DNA of 60,096 nt from positions 1 to 60,096 of the forward strand of contig JBARQV010000065.1 in assembly GCA_049643885.1 (NCBI GenBank), written 5' to 3'. Below the pieces are notes generated by a model. It ran no database searches. It saw only the letters and a list, made by a program, of their open reading frames with translations, and was not told the DNA's origin. The translations under genes and the position numbers were made by a program. This document shows positions 7,401 through 15,423 of the stretch, in pieces. Positions within the stretch are counted from its first letter, which is position 1. Every line of letters begins with the position of its first letter. Source of the DNA: Candidatus Omnitrophota bacterium (GTDB taxonomy: Bacteria; Omnitrophota; Gorgyraeia; Tantalellales; Tantalellaceae).

Positions 7401-7561
7401 TCAGATTATCAGGAAACAGGATTCTGGATATCAGGGTATCAGGCAAGAATTCTTCCTAATATTCTGATCAACTGATAACCTGCCCCCTGATACACTGTTA
7501 ACCTGATATCTCATTTTACATCCAATATCTACTATCCATTATCTGCTGCCTGATGTCTGTA
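7401..7561. repeat. Low-complexity word array: TATCAGG x3 direct, CCTGAT(A/G) x4-5 inverted, then a heptamer-phased tract
   Basis: TATCAGG occurs at 7407, 7429 and 7437. CTGAT(A) occurs at 7464, 7472, 7486, 7502 and 7549, on either side of GAATTC (7448-7453). The tract ATCCAAT ATCTACT ATCCATT ATCTGCT GCCTGAT GTCTGTA spans 7520-7561 and runs up to the accB stop. Confidence 0.7.
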
Positions 7562-7562
7562 A

Positions 7563-8003
7563 CTACATGGGTTCTATGAGGAATAGTGCCTGACCGTATT
7601 CCACCGGTTCGGCGTTTTCCACCGGGACCTCAACGATCTTCCCGCTGATCTCCGACTTTACTTCGTTCATCAGTTTCATGGCCTCGATGATACAGACCAC
7701 GTCTCCCTTATGCACTATATCTCCCACTTCAACATACGGGTCAACGTCCGGAGCCGGCGCCCTGTAAAAGGTTCCCACCATAGGCGCTTTTATCTCGCTG
7801 AGGGCTTTTGCTGCTTCCGCCGGTTTAACGGCCTTTTCAGGGAGCTGTTCAGCAGGCCTGACAACAGGAGTGACCACCTGTTCTACCGCGCCTCCTGCCT
7901 TTTTCGAAAGCTTGACCTTCATGCCTTCCTGTTCGACTTCGACCTCGGTCAGATTATTTTCGTTCATCAAATCGACCAGTTCTTTGATTTTCTTGATATT
8001 CAT
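7563..8003 (-). CDS. accB: Biotin carboxyl carrier protein
   Basis: Biotinylation motif EAMKLMNE and a Pro/Ala-rich linker. The start is set at MNIKKIKELVDLM (8003), which clears the efp stop at 8017. Confidence 0.93.
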   Translation of the reverse strand: MNIKKIKELVDLMNENNLTEVEVEQEGMKVKLSKKAGGAVEQVVTPVVRPAEQLPEKAVKPAEAAKALSEIKAPMVGTFYRAPAPDVDPYVEVGDIVHKGDVVCIIEAMKLMNEVKSEISGKIVEVPVENAEPVEYGQALFLIEPM

Positions 8004-8016
8004 AAAAACTCCTTGT

Positions 8017-8574
8017 TTAAGCACGTCCCAGATACTCACCCGTCCGGGTGTCAACTTTTACTGTCTCGCCATTTTCAACAAAAAGAGGCACCTTTATGAC
8101 TTTTCCTGTCTCCAAGGTGGCGGGTTTAGTCGCACCGCTTACGGTATCGCCCCTGAACCCCGGTTCGGTCTCGGTGATCTTAAGCACAACGGTGATAGGC
8201 GGCGTTACGCTCATTATGTTCTCATCATACACGTTCGCCGTCACTGTCATGTTCTCTTTTAAATAATCAGCCGTATCCCCGATCTTCTCTTCAGGGATAT
8301 GCACCTGTTCGTATGTGGACTCGTCCATGAAACAGTAACCATGGCTGTCCTTGTACAAATACTGCATGGATTTTTGTTCTATGTATGCTTCGTCGAAGGA
8401 ATCATCCGGCCTGAGAGTCTCGGAGATTATCGATCCGGTCGCCAGGTTCTTCAGTTTCGTCCTGACAATGGCTCCGCCCTTGCCGGGCTTGTAATGCTGG
8501 GCTGCCACTACCGTGTGAAGCTGTCCTTTATAAGTTATGATCTTTCCCTGCTTTAAATCGCCCGCTTTTATCAT
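8017..8574 (-). CDS. efp: Elongation factor P
   Basis: 185 aa with AQHYKPGKGGAIVRTKLKNL (the conserved KPGKG loop). Confidence 0.96.
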   Translation of the reverse strand: MIKAGDLKQGKIITYKGQLHTVVAAQHYKPGKGGAIVRTKLKNLATGSIISETLRPDDSFDEAYIEQKSMQYLYKDSHGYCFMDESTYEQVHIPEEKIGDTADYLKENMTVTANVYDENIMSVTPPITVVLKITETEPGFRGDTVSGATKPATLETGKVIKVPLFVENGETVKVDTRTGEYLGRA

Positions 8575-9659
8575 CTTGTCAACACCTCGTATCCGTTCTT
8601 CGTCACCAGGACCATGTCTTCTATCCGTATACCACCAAGACCCGGGATGTAAAGTCCCGGCTCAATTGTTATCACCATGCCTTCTTTCAGCTTTTGCCCT
8701 GAATTCTCCCTTAGGAAGGGGGCCTCGTGGACATCCAGGCCGATACCGTGGCCGAGCCCGTGGAGTATGTAAGCGCCCAAATTGTTACTTATAAAATATG
8801 TATTGCTATCTTTTACCAGAGAACTTATTCTTACCCCTGGCTTTATTCTCTTTATGGCCCTGTCGTGGGCCTCAAGAACGTGTTTTTTAAGCTCCTCGAT
8901 TTTTCGGACTATTCTACCGCCCGCCCATATTCTTGTCAAGTCGGAACAGTAACCGCCCAGTCTTATCCCAAAATCAACAAGCAAATGCTCCCTTTTTTTA
9001 AGGCGGCGCCCCATGGCCAAAGCGTGGGGATAGGCCGTATTCTCACCTATCGCTACGATAGGCGTGAATGAGTTGCTATACCCCTTCCGGTGGATCGCGA
9101 CGTTGATCATGGAGGCTATCTCTTGTTCAGTCATGCCCGTCTTCAGATCTTTTCTGACCTCGTTCCATATACGGACAGTATCTTTCGCCGCTTTCCGGAT
9201 CGTCTTGATCTCGGCGGTCTTTTTGATCTTCCTCATGTCCCTGACAATGTCGCAAACCGGGAGCCTGTTAACCTTGGCTACCAGTTTTATTCCCGGCAAG
9301 AGATCAGACAGTCTTTCGTAAGACGCGGCTGAGATATCCTCACTGTCATACCCGAGCCTCTTTGCCTTTATTTCCCTGATAAAACCGGCAAGGCTCTTCT
9401 CGATCGGGCTTTTTGCGGTCACTGTCCGGAGATCCATGCCTCTCAGCATTTTATCGGCGAGGGTCCTGTTCATGCGGTCAATGAAATAAGCAGGCATACC
9501 CTTCTTTGTAATGAGGACGAGCGAGCCGGTAGAATAAAATCCGGTGAGATACGTGATGTTGCTTTTATCGCTTACCAGGAGGGCGTCTATGCCGGCGCGG
9601 GGAAGTTTTAACTTGATCTGCTTAAGTGCTTTTTCCCTATCGACCATATCAGCCGGCAT
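8571..9659 (-). CDS. M24B Xaa-Pro aminopeptidase/dipeptidase
   Basis: 362 aa with a creatinase-like N-domain and metal-ligand motifs DFG...YCSD, HGLGHGIGLDVHE and EPGLY...GGIRIED. It precedes efp, as in Bacillus. Confidence 0.88.
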   Translation of the reverse strand: MPADMVDREKALKQIKLKLPRAGIDALLVSDKSNITYLTGFYSTGSLVLITKKGMPAYFIDRMNRTLADKMLRGMDLRTVTAKSPIEKSLAGFIREIKAKRLGYDSEDISAASYERLSDLLPGIKLVAKVNRLPVCDIVRDMRKIKKTAEIKTIRKAAKDTVRIWNEVRKDLKTGMTEQEIASMINVAIHRKGYSNSFTPIVAIGENTAYPHALAMGRRLKKREHLLVDFGIRLGGYCSDLTRIWAGGRIVRKIEELKKHVLEAHDRAIKRIKPGVRISSLVKDSNTYFISNNLGAYILHGLGHGIGLDVHEAPFLRENSGQKLKEGMVITIEPGLYIPGLGGIRIEDMVLVTKNGYEVLTR

Positions 9660-10083
9660 TTATTGTCTCCAGTAAGGCCTTGAGACCGAGAAGATAGCTG
9701 TTCTTCCCGAACCCGCTCACCTGGCCGATCACCACTGGAGCTATTAGCGATTTGTGCCGGAACTCTTCCCTGGCATATATGTTGGACATGTGGACTTCTA
9801 CCGCGGGGACGTCTTTGGCGATCAAGGCATCCCGGATCGCCACGCTTGTATGGGTATAAGCCGCGGGGTTTATCAAGATACCGTCAGCATCCGTATCGCT
9901 GATCTTGTCCACGATATCGCCTTCGTGGTTGGACTGAAAAAATTCAAGTTCGATGCCTTCCGAATCGCCCATTTTCCGGATCTCTTCGTTTATCATATCG
10001 ATGGTTTCTTCACCGTATATATCCGGCTCGCGTTTTCCCAGCAGGTTCAGATTAGGTCCGTTTACGACAAGAACTTTAGCCAT
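9649..10083 (-). CDS. aroQ: Type II 3-dehydroquinate dehydratase
   Basis: 144 aa with VLVVNGPNLNLLGKREPDIYG, FFQSNHEG and INPAAYTHTSVA. Confidence 0.95.
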   Translation of the reverse strand: MAKVLVVNGPNLNLLGKREPDIYGEETIDMINEEIRKMGDSEGIELEFFQSNHEGDIVDKISDTDADGILINPAAYTHTSVAIRDALIAKDVPAVEVHMSNIYAREEFRHKSLIAPVVIGQVSGFGKNSYLLGLKALLETINAG

Positions 10084-11041
10084 TTTTTATCCCCTTTCTT
10101 CTGGCAATAAAACCCCACCAGAAATAAATGATCCCCCCAATAAAACTTATTATAAAGAGTAGAAATAAAAGGAGCAAACTGGCGGCAAAGGCATTTTCCT
10201 TGCCCGCCAGCGGCGCAAAAAGAGCCACCATAGCCCCCTCCCTGACCCCGAGTCCGCCGAGTGACGGGAACATGCTTATGAACGTAACTACGGGCATTAT
10301 CAAAAAGACATTCCCTATCCCTATTCTTTGCCCAACGGCGGCGAACAGTAAATAAATAACTATGAAATAAACGCACTGGCCGACGAACGACACCATTATG
10401 GCCTTTGCTATTATATCCCGCCTGTTCCGGTAATCATGGACAATGCCGTAAAGATCTTCCAGTCGTTTTCCCAGCTGAAACATCTTTACCTTCTCGAAAA
10501 AACGTTCCATAAAAACCGCAACTGTCTTGTTCGTTATTATCAAAAACATCGCGACCCCGACAATAAGAAACACAAAAACCATCTTCTTGACCAGGGTGAT
10601 CTGGAACCCTTCCCGGTTAATGATCAAGGCGCCCGCGGCGATTATCAGGAACGAGTAAAGCCCCAAAAAACGGTCCATGAAAACGCTGGCATAAGATTGC
10701 ATCCTCTTCTGATTGGCAGTTGAAGCGTAATGTGCCTTCATCACGTCGCCGCCGACCGCGGTAGGCAGGAAATTATTGAAAAAATAACCTATATATGTCA
10801 ACTGCACCGATTCCCAGAACGAGAGAAAGAGATTCTCGCCGGCGAAAATCAATTTCAAGCGATATGATAGAAATATGACGGTCGCGATATACAGAACAAC
10901 GGCTAGCAGGATAACCCACGGGTCGCTGGCGTACAAAGTACCCCATATCTTTCCGAACTCACTCCTCATCAGCCAGAACAAGAGCCCGAGAAGACCAAGG
11001 CTTACGCTTATTCGTATTAACGTGAAAATTTTATTTTTCAC
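10076..11041 (-). CDS. Flippase-like (UPF0104 / lysyl-PG synthase TM-region family) membrane protein
   Basis: 321 aa, about 8 hydrophobic helices, with PTAVGGDVMKA and LGGLGVREG motifs typical of the family. Confidence 0.7.
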   Translation of the reverse strand: MKNKIFTLIRISVSLGLLGLLFWLMRSEFGKIWGTLYASDPWVILLAVVLYIATVIFLSYRLKLIFAGENLFLSFWESVQLTYIGYFFNNFLPTAVGGDVMKAHYASTANQKRMQSYASVFMDRFLGLYSFLIIAAGALIINREGFQITLVKKMVFVFLIVGVAMFLIITNKTVAVFMERFFEKVKMFQLGKRLEDLYGIVHDYRNRRDIIAKAIMVSFVGQCVYFIVIYLLFAAVGQRIGIGNVFLIMPVVTFISMFPSLGGLGVREGAMVALFAPLAGKENAFAASLLLLFLLFIISFIGGIIYFWWGFIARRKGIKNG

Positions 11042-11056
11042 ACTTCCCCTTCTCTG

Positions 11057-11872
11057 TTATTTAGACCGCGTCCTCACGCCCCTAAAAAAGAGTTTTCTTT
11101 TAAGGCGATTCATGCTCTGTTCTGCCGAGACCACTCCTTCAGCTATGATCTCAGCGGCCTTGTCAAAGCCGAACTGGTCAATATTTTGTAAAGCCGGTTT
11201 TATTACGAGATCGGCGGAGCGCCCCTGATAGAGATTAAGCTCTTCACCCATGATCTGGACTCCCTGAATGAAAGCCTCAAAGACATTGTTGATCCTGGAG
11301 TTCTTTATGGCAAAACCCGGATCGACAGCTACGACAAACGTGGCCCCGAGGCCATATGCTCCCTTTGTGGGGATACTGTTTCGCACACCGCCGTCAACAA
11401 GAAGTTTTCCATCGATCTCGACAGCGTTAAATATCCCCGGCCAGGAACAACTTGCTCTTATTAGTTTCACAAGATCCCCCGAGGTATGCAAAAGCTCCTC
11501 CCCTGTTCTCAGGTCCGTCGTTGCCAGGGCAAAAGGGATGCGCATATTTTCAAATTTCTTATCGTCCACACAATCCCTTATTACCGCCTCTAATTTGTCT
11601 CCTTTTATCAGTCCCGTGGGGTAAAAGCCAAGATCCACAATATTGGGCCAGTTGAATTCCAATGCTCTCCTCTCGATCTCCTCGACCGTCATCCCCAGGC
11701 AATAAGACGCGCCGACAAGGCTGCCGATGCTGGTCCCGATTATCATGTCAAACGGCATTTTTTCCCTGCCGAAATGCTTTTCTATGACCCTGAGGACCCC
11801 GACATTTACAAGCCCTCTCGCGCTTCCGCCTCCCAAGACCAAAATTATCTTCCTTTTTTTTAAGAAATCCAT
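11057..11872 (-). CDS. Patatin-like phospholipase
   Basis: GGGSARG oxyanion motif, GTSIGS nucleophile elbow and DGG catalytic Asp motif. Confidence 0.88.
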   Translation of the reverse strand: MDFLKKRKIILVLGGGSARGLVNVGVLRVIEKHFGREKMPFDMIIGTSIGSLVGASYCLGMTVEEIERRALEFNWPNIVDLGFYPTGLIKGDKLEAVIRDCVDDKKFENMRIPFALATTDLRTGEELLHTSGDLVKLIRASCSWPGIFNAVEIDGKLLVDGGVRNSIPTKGAYGLGATFVVAVDPGFAIKNSRINNVFEAFIQGVQIMGEELNLYQGRSADLVIKPALQNIDQFGFDKAAEIIAEGVVSAEQSMNRLKRKLFFRGVRTRSK

Positions 11873-11901
11873 ATTGATCCCTACTCCTCAACTGTTTATT
11901 G

Positions 11902-12708
11902 TCAATAAACTATTATCCCGGCATAACCTACTACCTGGAAAGTGTCGCCTGTCGCATCCCCGCTATCTGAATATCTCACAAGTTTTGCTTTTTTCGCGCC
12001 CAGTTTTTTGGCGGCCATCAGCATTATTGACGTGGGGATATAACCGCACATGGAAATATTTTCTCTGCTTACGGTCCTCAGGAGGCCCTCGGCATCGAGT
12101 TCGAGGATCCTGTCGATCGCTTTTTGGTCTTTTGCTTTCGCGCTTTTTCTTGACTCAAAATGAGTCATATCGCTTGAAGCGATAATGATGGCGTCTTTTC
12201 CCGTCTCACTTATGGCAGAGGCTATGGCATCCGCCACTTCCGTAAGCTCTGAAAGATCACCGTGATAACAGGTTATCGGGACGATTTTCGCGCCCGGGGA
12301 CGTTTCCTGTATAAAGGGCACTTGGACCTCTCCCGAATGCTCAAACGCGTGGGCTGTCGCGTCTTCTTTTATCAGAGAGGTCTTTTTCTTTAAAGCAGCG
12401 GCAAGCTCTTTATCGATCTCTACTTCACCTAACGGGGTCCGCCACGCTTCCGGGCTCAAGGCGAACTGAGCACCGTAGCCGGTATGGTTAGGATTGAGAA
12501 TGATGTAAGCCTGCTTGGGTTTCAGCCTGGCATAGACTTCTCCGGCAACCGCCCCTGAATATATATAACCGGCATGGGGAGTAACCGCACCTATGGCGTC
12601 GATCTTATCCGGTATGTCCGGGATCATCTTTTTCAGGTCCCGGGCGAGGTCTTCTTTCGTGCCTGGGTAAAACTGACCTGCTACAGCCGGATCTCTGACC
12701 ATACACAC
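11902..12708 (-). CDS. MEMO1 / AmmeMemoRadiSam system protein B family
   Basis: RDPAVAGQFYPG N-terminus, PHAGYIYSG and SSDMTH motifs. Confidence 0.85.
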   Translation of the reverse strand: MCMVRDPAVAGQFYPGTKEDLARDLKKMIPDIPDKIDAIGAVTPHAGYIYSGAVAGEVYARLKPKQAYIILNPNHTGYGAQFALSPEAWRTPLGEVEIDKELAAALKKKTSLIKEDATAHAFEHSGEVQVPFIQETSPGAKIVPITCYHGDLSELTEVADAIASAISETGKDAIIIASSDMTHFESRKSAKAKDQKAIDRILELDAEGLLRTVSRENISMCGYIPTSIMLMAAKKLGAKKAKLVRYSDSGDATGDTFQVVGYAGIIVY

Positions 12709-12767
12709 CCCCTTTATTACTTAAGTATAATATATAATCCAGTCAAATAAGTCAACAAACGGCGCAA

Positions 12768-15332
12768 CTAGTCAGAGTGGACGATGGTTTCTACGGATCT
12801 GCTGAGATCGATGACATCCCTTGCGGCTTGCTTTATATCCTCCAGGGTAACTGCCCTTATCTTATCAGGGTAAATTTTATAGTTTTCGAAGCCCAGTCCG
12901 TATAATTCGTCGATCGCCATGGTCATCGACACGGATGAATTCGTTTCCATGGAAGCGGTGTGATAGGTTATCAACCTGTTCTTTGCGGCTTCTATTTCTT
13001 CCCACGTGATATCGCCCTTGATGACTTTCCTCACCAATGCCTGCATCTCTTTCTTCACATCATCGATGTTCTCTTCGGACGTTGCCGCGTAGAGCAGGAA
13101 GTAACCCGGTTCAACGGCCGGGACGGAGATCGCGCCGGATGTATAGGTGAACCCCTGCTGCTCCCTGAGGGTGTGGAAAAGCATCCCGTCAGCACCGGAA
13201 AGGATAGAACTTAATATTTGCAGCGGATACTTTCGCTCATCAGCGACTTCTACTCCAAGAAAACCGAGAAGGATCAGGGATTGTTCTTTCTGCATCGATA
13301 TATCCTTTTTCCTGGGCTGTTCCGGCGGAGAAATGCCCTTAGCCTCGATGGCCGCGCAGGCGCCCGCCCAATCCTCAAACCTTTTAATAATATTATCGAG
13401 CGTCGCTCCAACATCAACATCTCCTACTACCGTCATAACGGCTTTTTCAGGACCCCAATGCTCAGTGTAAAAATCTACCACTTCCTCTCTGGTGATCCAC
13501 TTCACCGTATCGGCCTCTCCCAGTATCCTCATGCCGTAAGAGTGATCGCCGTACAAAAGAGACCGGAACTCAAGGAGGGCCTTATCGAAAATACTCTTTT
13601 CCTGCTCTCTTATAGAGGCGAGCGTCTTCCTTTTTTGCTTGTCCAGTTCCTCTTCCGGAAAAATCGGATTTTTTATTACGTCCTCCAAGATATCAAGCCC
13701 TTCGTCGAGATCACCCGACAACAGTTTCATGCTGACACCCATGCTGTTCACCCCGCTGAAGCCGTTAACTACTCCCCCCATCTTTTCGAAAGCCGGTATT
13801 ATTTCTTCCTCTTTTCTTCTTTTTGTCCCCTTTAATATCATCGAAGCGGTAAGCGTGGATAAGCCGCTCAGGCCGCGGGTTTCAGCGCGCAGGCCCCCGG
13901 GCATCACCAAGCTGACCGACACCAGCGGAAGCTCGCTTCTCCTCATTACGGCGACACGCAAACCGTTCTCAAGGTCCGCGAACCCCTGGTTCTTTATTTT
14001 CTCCGTTATTTTTTCCTGCTCTTCTTCTGCTGTCTCCTCCATGTACAGGGGGCGAGGCAGAAGAAATACCGTGGTCGAGTTGTCCCTGTTCATATACTGC
14101 ATGGCCGTGTTCTTGACCTGCCATTTGCCCACCTTTTTCAACTCTTCCACGTATTTCCTGTAAAAAGAAGGGTCGCCCGTCATAAGTTCAGAACTTGTAA
14201 TGGAAGAAACCAGGCTCTTCACGCTTTCCTGCGAATAAAGATATCTGGAGATCACGATGGTTTTCGCCCTCTCGACTTCTTCGTCCTTCACCCTTCCGCT
14301 CTTTAATTCTTCTATAACAGCGAATATCTCTTCTCTGGCCTCTTCTAGTTTTTCCGGTTCACCTATCCCGACGATGACAAAAAGTCCGGGATATCTGGGG
14401 GTATAATTCATGCTGGCGACGTTATACAGGAGCTCTTTCTCCTTGACCAGCTTTCTGTAAAACCGCGAATCGTTGCCTTCTCCCAAAAGAATGCTGAGCA
14501 CATCTGCCGGATAAAGGTCGGCAGAATAGAGGCTCGAGGTGTGAAATCCCACTGCCATGTACCCAAGCGTGATGTCAGCCGGGAATCTGGATACCTTCTC
14601 ATCGAGCTGTTTCGGCTCGCTTAGGATATCTACAGGCCATACTTCTCCCCTTTGATAAGTGTTAAACTTATTTTCCACAGCTTTTAAAGCAACTCCCGGG
14701 GGCACCCCTCCGGAAACGCCTATTACCATCCTGTCCGGAGTATAGGCAGCGCCATGATAACGCAGAAGATCTTCCCGCGTGAGCTTCTTGAACCTTTCTT
14801 CATAACCGATAATAGGATATTTATAGACGTGGTCCATATAGGCCTGTGAAAACAAGAGCCGTATCCGTCTGGCGGACGGGTCATCAGCCCGAAGCATTAT
14901 CTCTTTGAGCACAACCTCCCTTTCCTTCTCCAGTTCTTCATCGGTAAACGAAAGATCCATGACCATGTCTGTGAGCAACGTCAATGCTTTGTCAAAATTC
15001 TCCCTGGGAACGAGAATATGGTATTCCGCCGAATCCATCCCTGTAGAACCGTTCGCGTCCCCGCCCAGCATCTTGATCTCCCCGCGCACTTCGTCAGCCG
15101 TTTTATCATGCGTCCCCTTGAACAAAAGATGCTCCAGAAAGTGCGAGATGCCGCTCCCGGCGTATCGGCCTTCATTTGAAAGGCCGGACAAAACACGGAT
15201 CTGGATCGCTACCAAAGGCGAATCGGGAACATAATTGCATACTACTGTCGCACCGTTATCTAAAACCCGTTTCCGGAAATCAGATAAACGCTCCTCACCT
15301 CTCAGGATCGAAGTATTGAATATCAAGGCCAA
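12768..15332 (-). CDS. Tandem-unit M16 (pitrilysin/insulinase) zinc peptidase
   Basis: 854 aa. The inverted zinc motif HFLEHLLFKGT with a downstream E is in the first half. The second half is M16-like and lacks HxxEH. No signal peptide is seen. Confidence 0.88.
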   Translation of the reverse strand: MALIFNTSILRGEERLSDFRKRVLDNGATVVCNYVPDSPLVAIQIRVLSGLSNEGRYAGSGISHFLEHLLFKGTHDKTADEVRGEIKMLGGDANGSTGMDSAEYHILVPRENFDKALTLLTDMVMDLSFTDEELEKEREVVLKEIMLRADDPSARRIRLLFSQAYMDHVYKYPIIGYEERFKKLTREDLLRYHGAAYTPDRMVIGVSGGVPPGVALKAVENKFNTYQRGEVWPVDILSEPKQLDEKVSRFPADITLGYMAVGFHTSSLYSADLYPADVLSILLGEGNDSRFYRKLVKEKELLYNVASMNYTPRYPGLFVIVGIGEPEKLEEAREEIFAVIEELKSGRVKDEEVERAKTIVISRYLYSQESVKSLVSSITSSELMTGDPSFYRKYVEELKKVGKWQVKNTAMQYMNRDNSTTVFLLPRPLYMEETAEEEQEKITEKIKNQGFADLENGLRVAVMRRSELPLVSVSLVMPGGLRAETRGLSGLSTLTASMILKGTKRRKEEEIIPAFEKMGGVVNGFSGVNSMGVSMKLLSGDLDEGLDILEDVIKNPIFPEEELDKQKRKTLASIREQEKSIFDKALLEFRSLLYGDHSYGMRILGEADTVKWITREEVVDFYTEHWGPEKAVMTVVGDVDVGATLDNIIKRFEDWAGACAAIEAKGISPPEQPRKKDISMQKEQSLILLGFLGVEVADERKYPLQILSSILSGADGMLFHTLREQQGFTYTSGAISVPAVEPGYFLLYAATSEENIDDVKKEMQALVRKVIKGDITWEEIEAAKNRLITYHTASMETNSSVSMTMAIDELYGLGFENYKIYPDKIRAVTLEDIKQAARDVIDLSRSVETIVHSD

Positions 15333-15423
15333 CGCGATTGTGATTTTTAACAGGTTTCGAATGGCTACCTCCTCACGTCAATATAAACAGTATAGTAGAT
15401 TTTACTATATATCAGGTCTGGTG

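Noticed and set aside
7563-8054. N-terminal extensions of tracked ORFs (accB to 8054, rpoA to 46679, rpsD to 47257, thiE to 3633, thiE-N to 3934)
   Set aside because: The extensions overlap the preceding gene or a repeat and lack homology. Canonical family N-termini begin at the internal Met codons used in the feature table.
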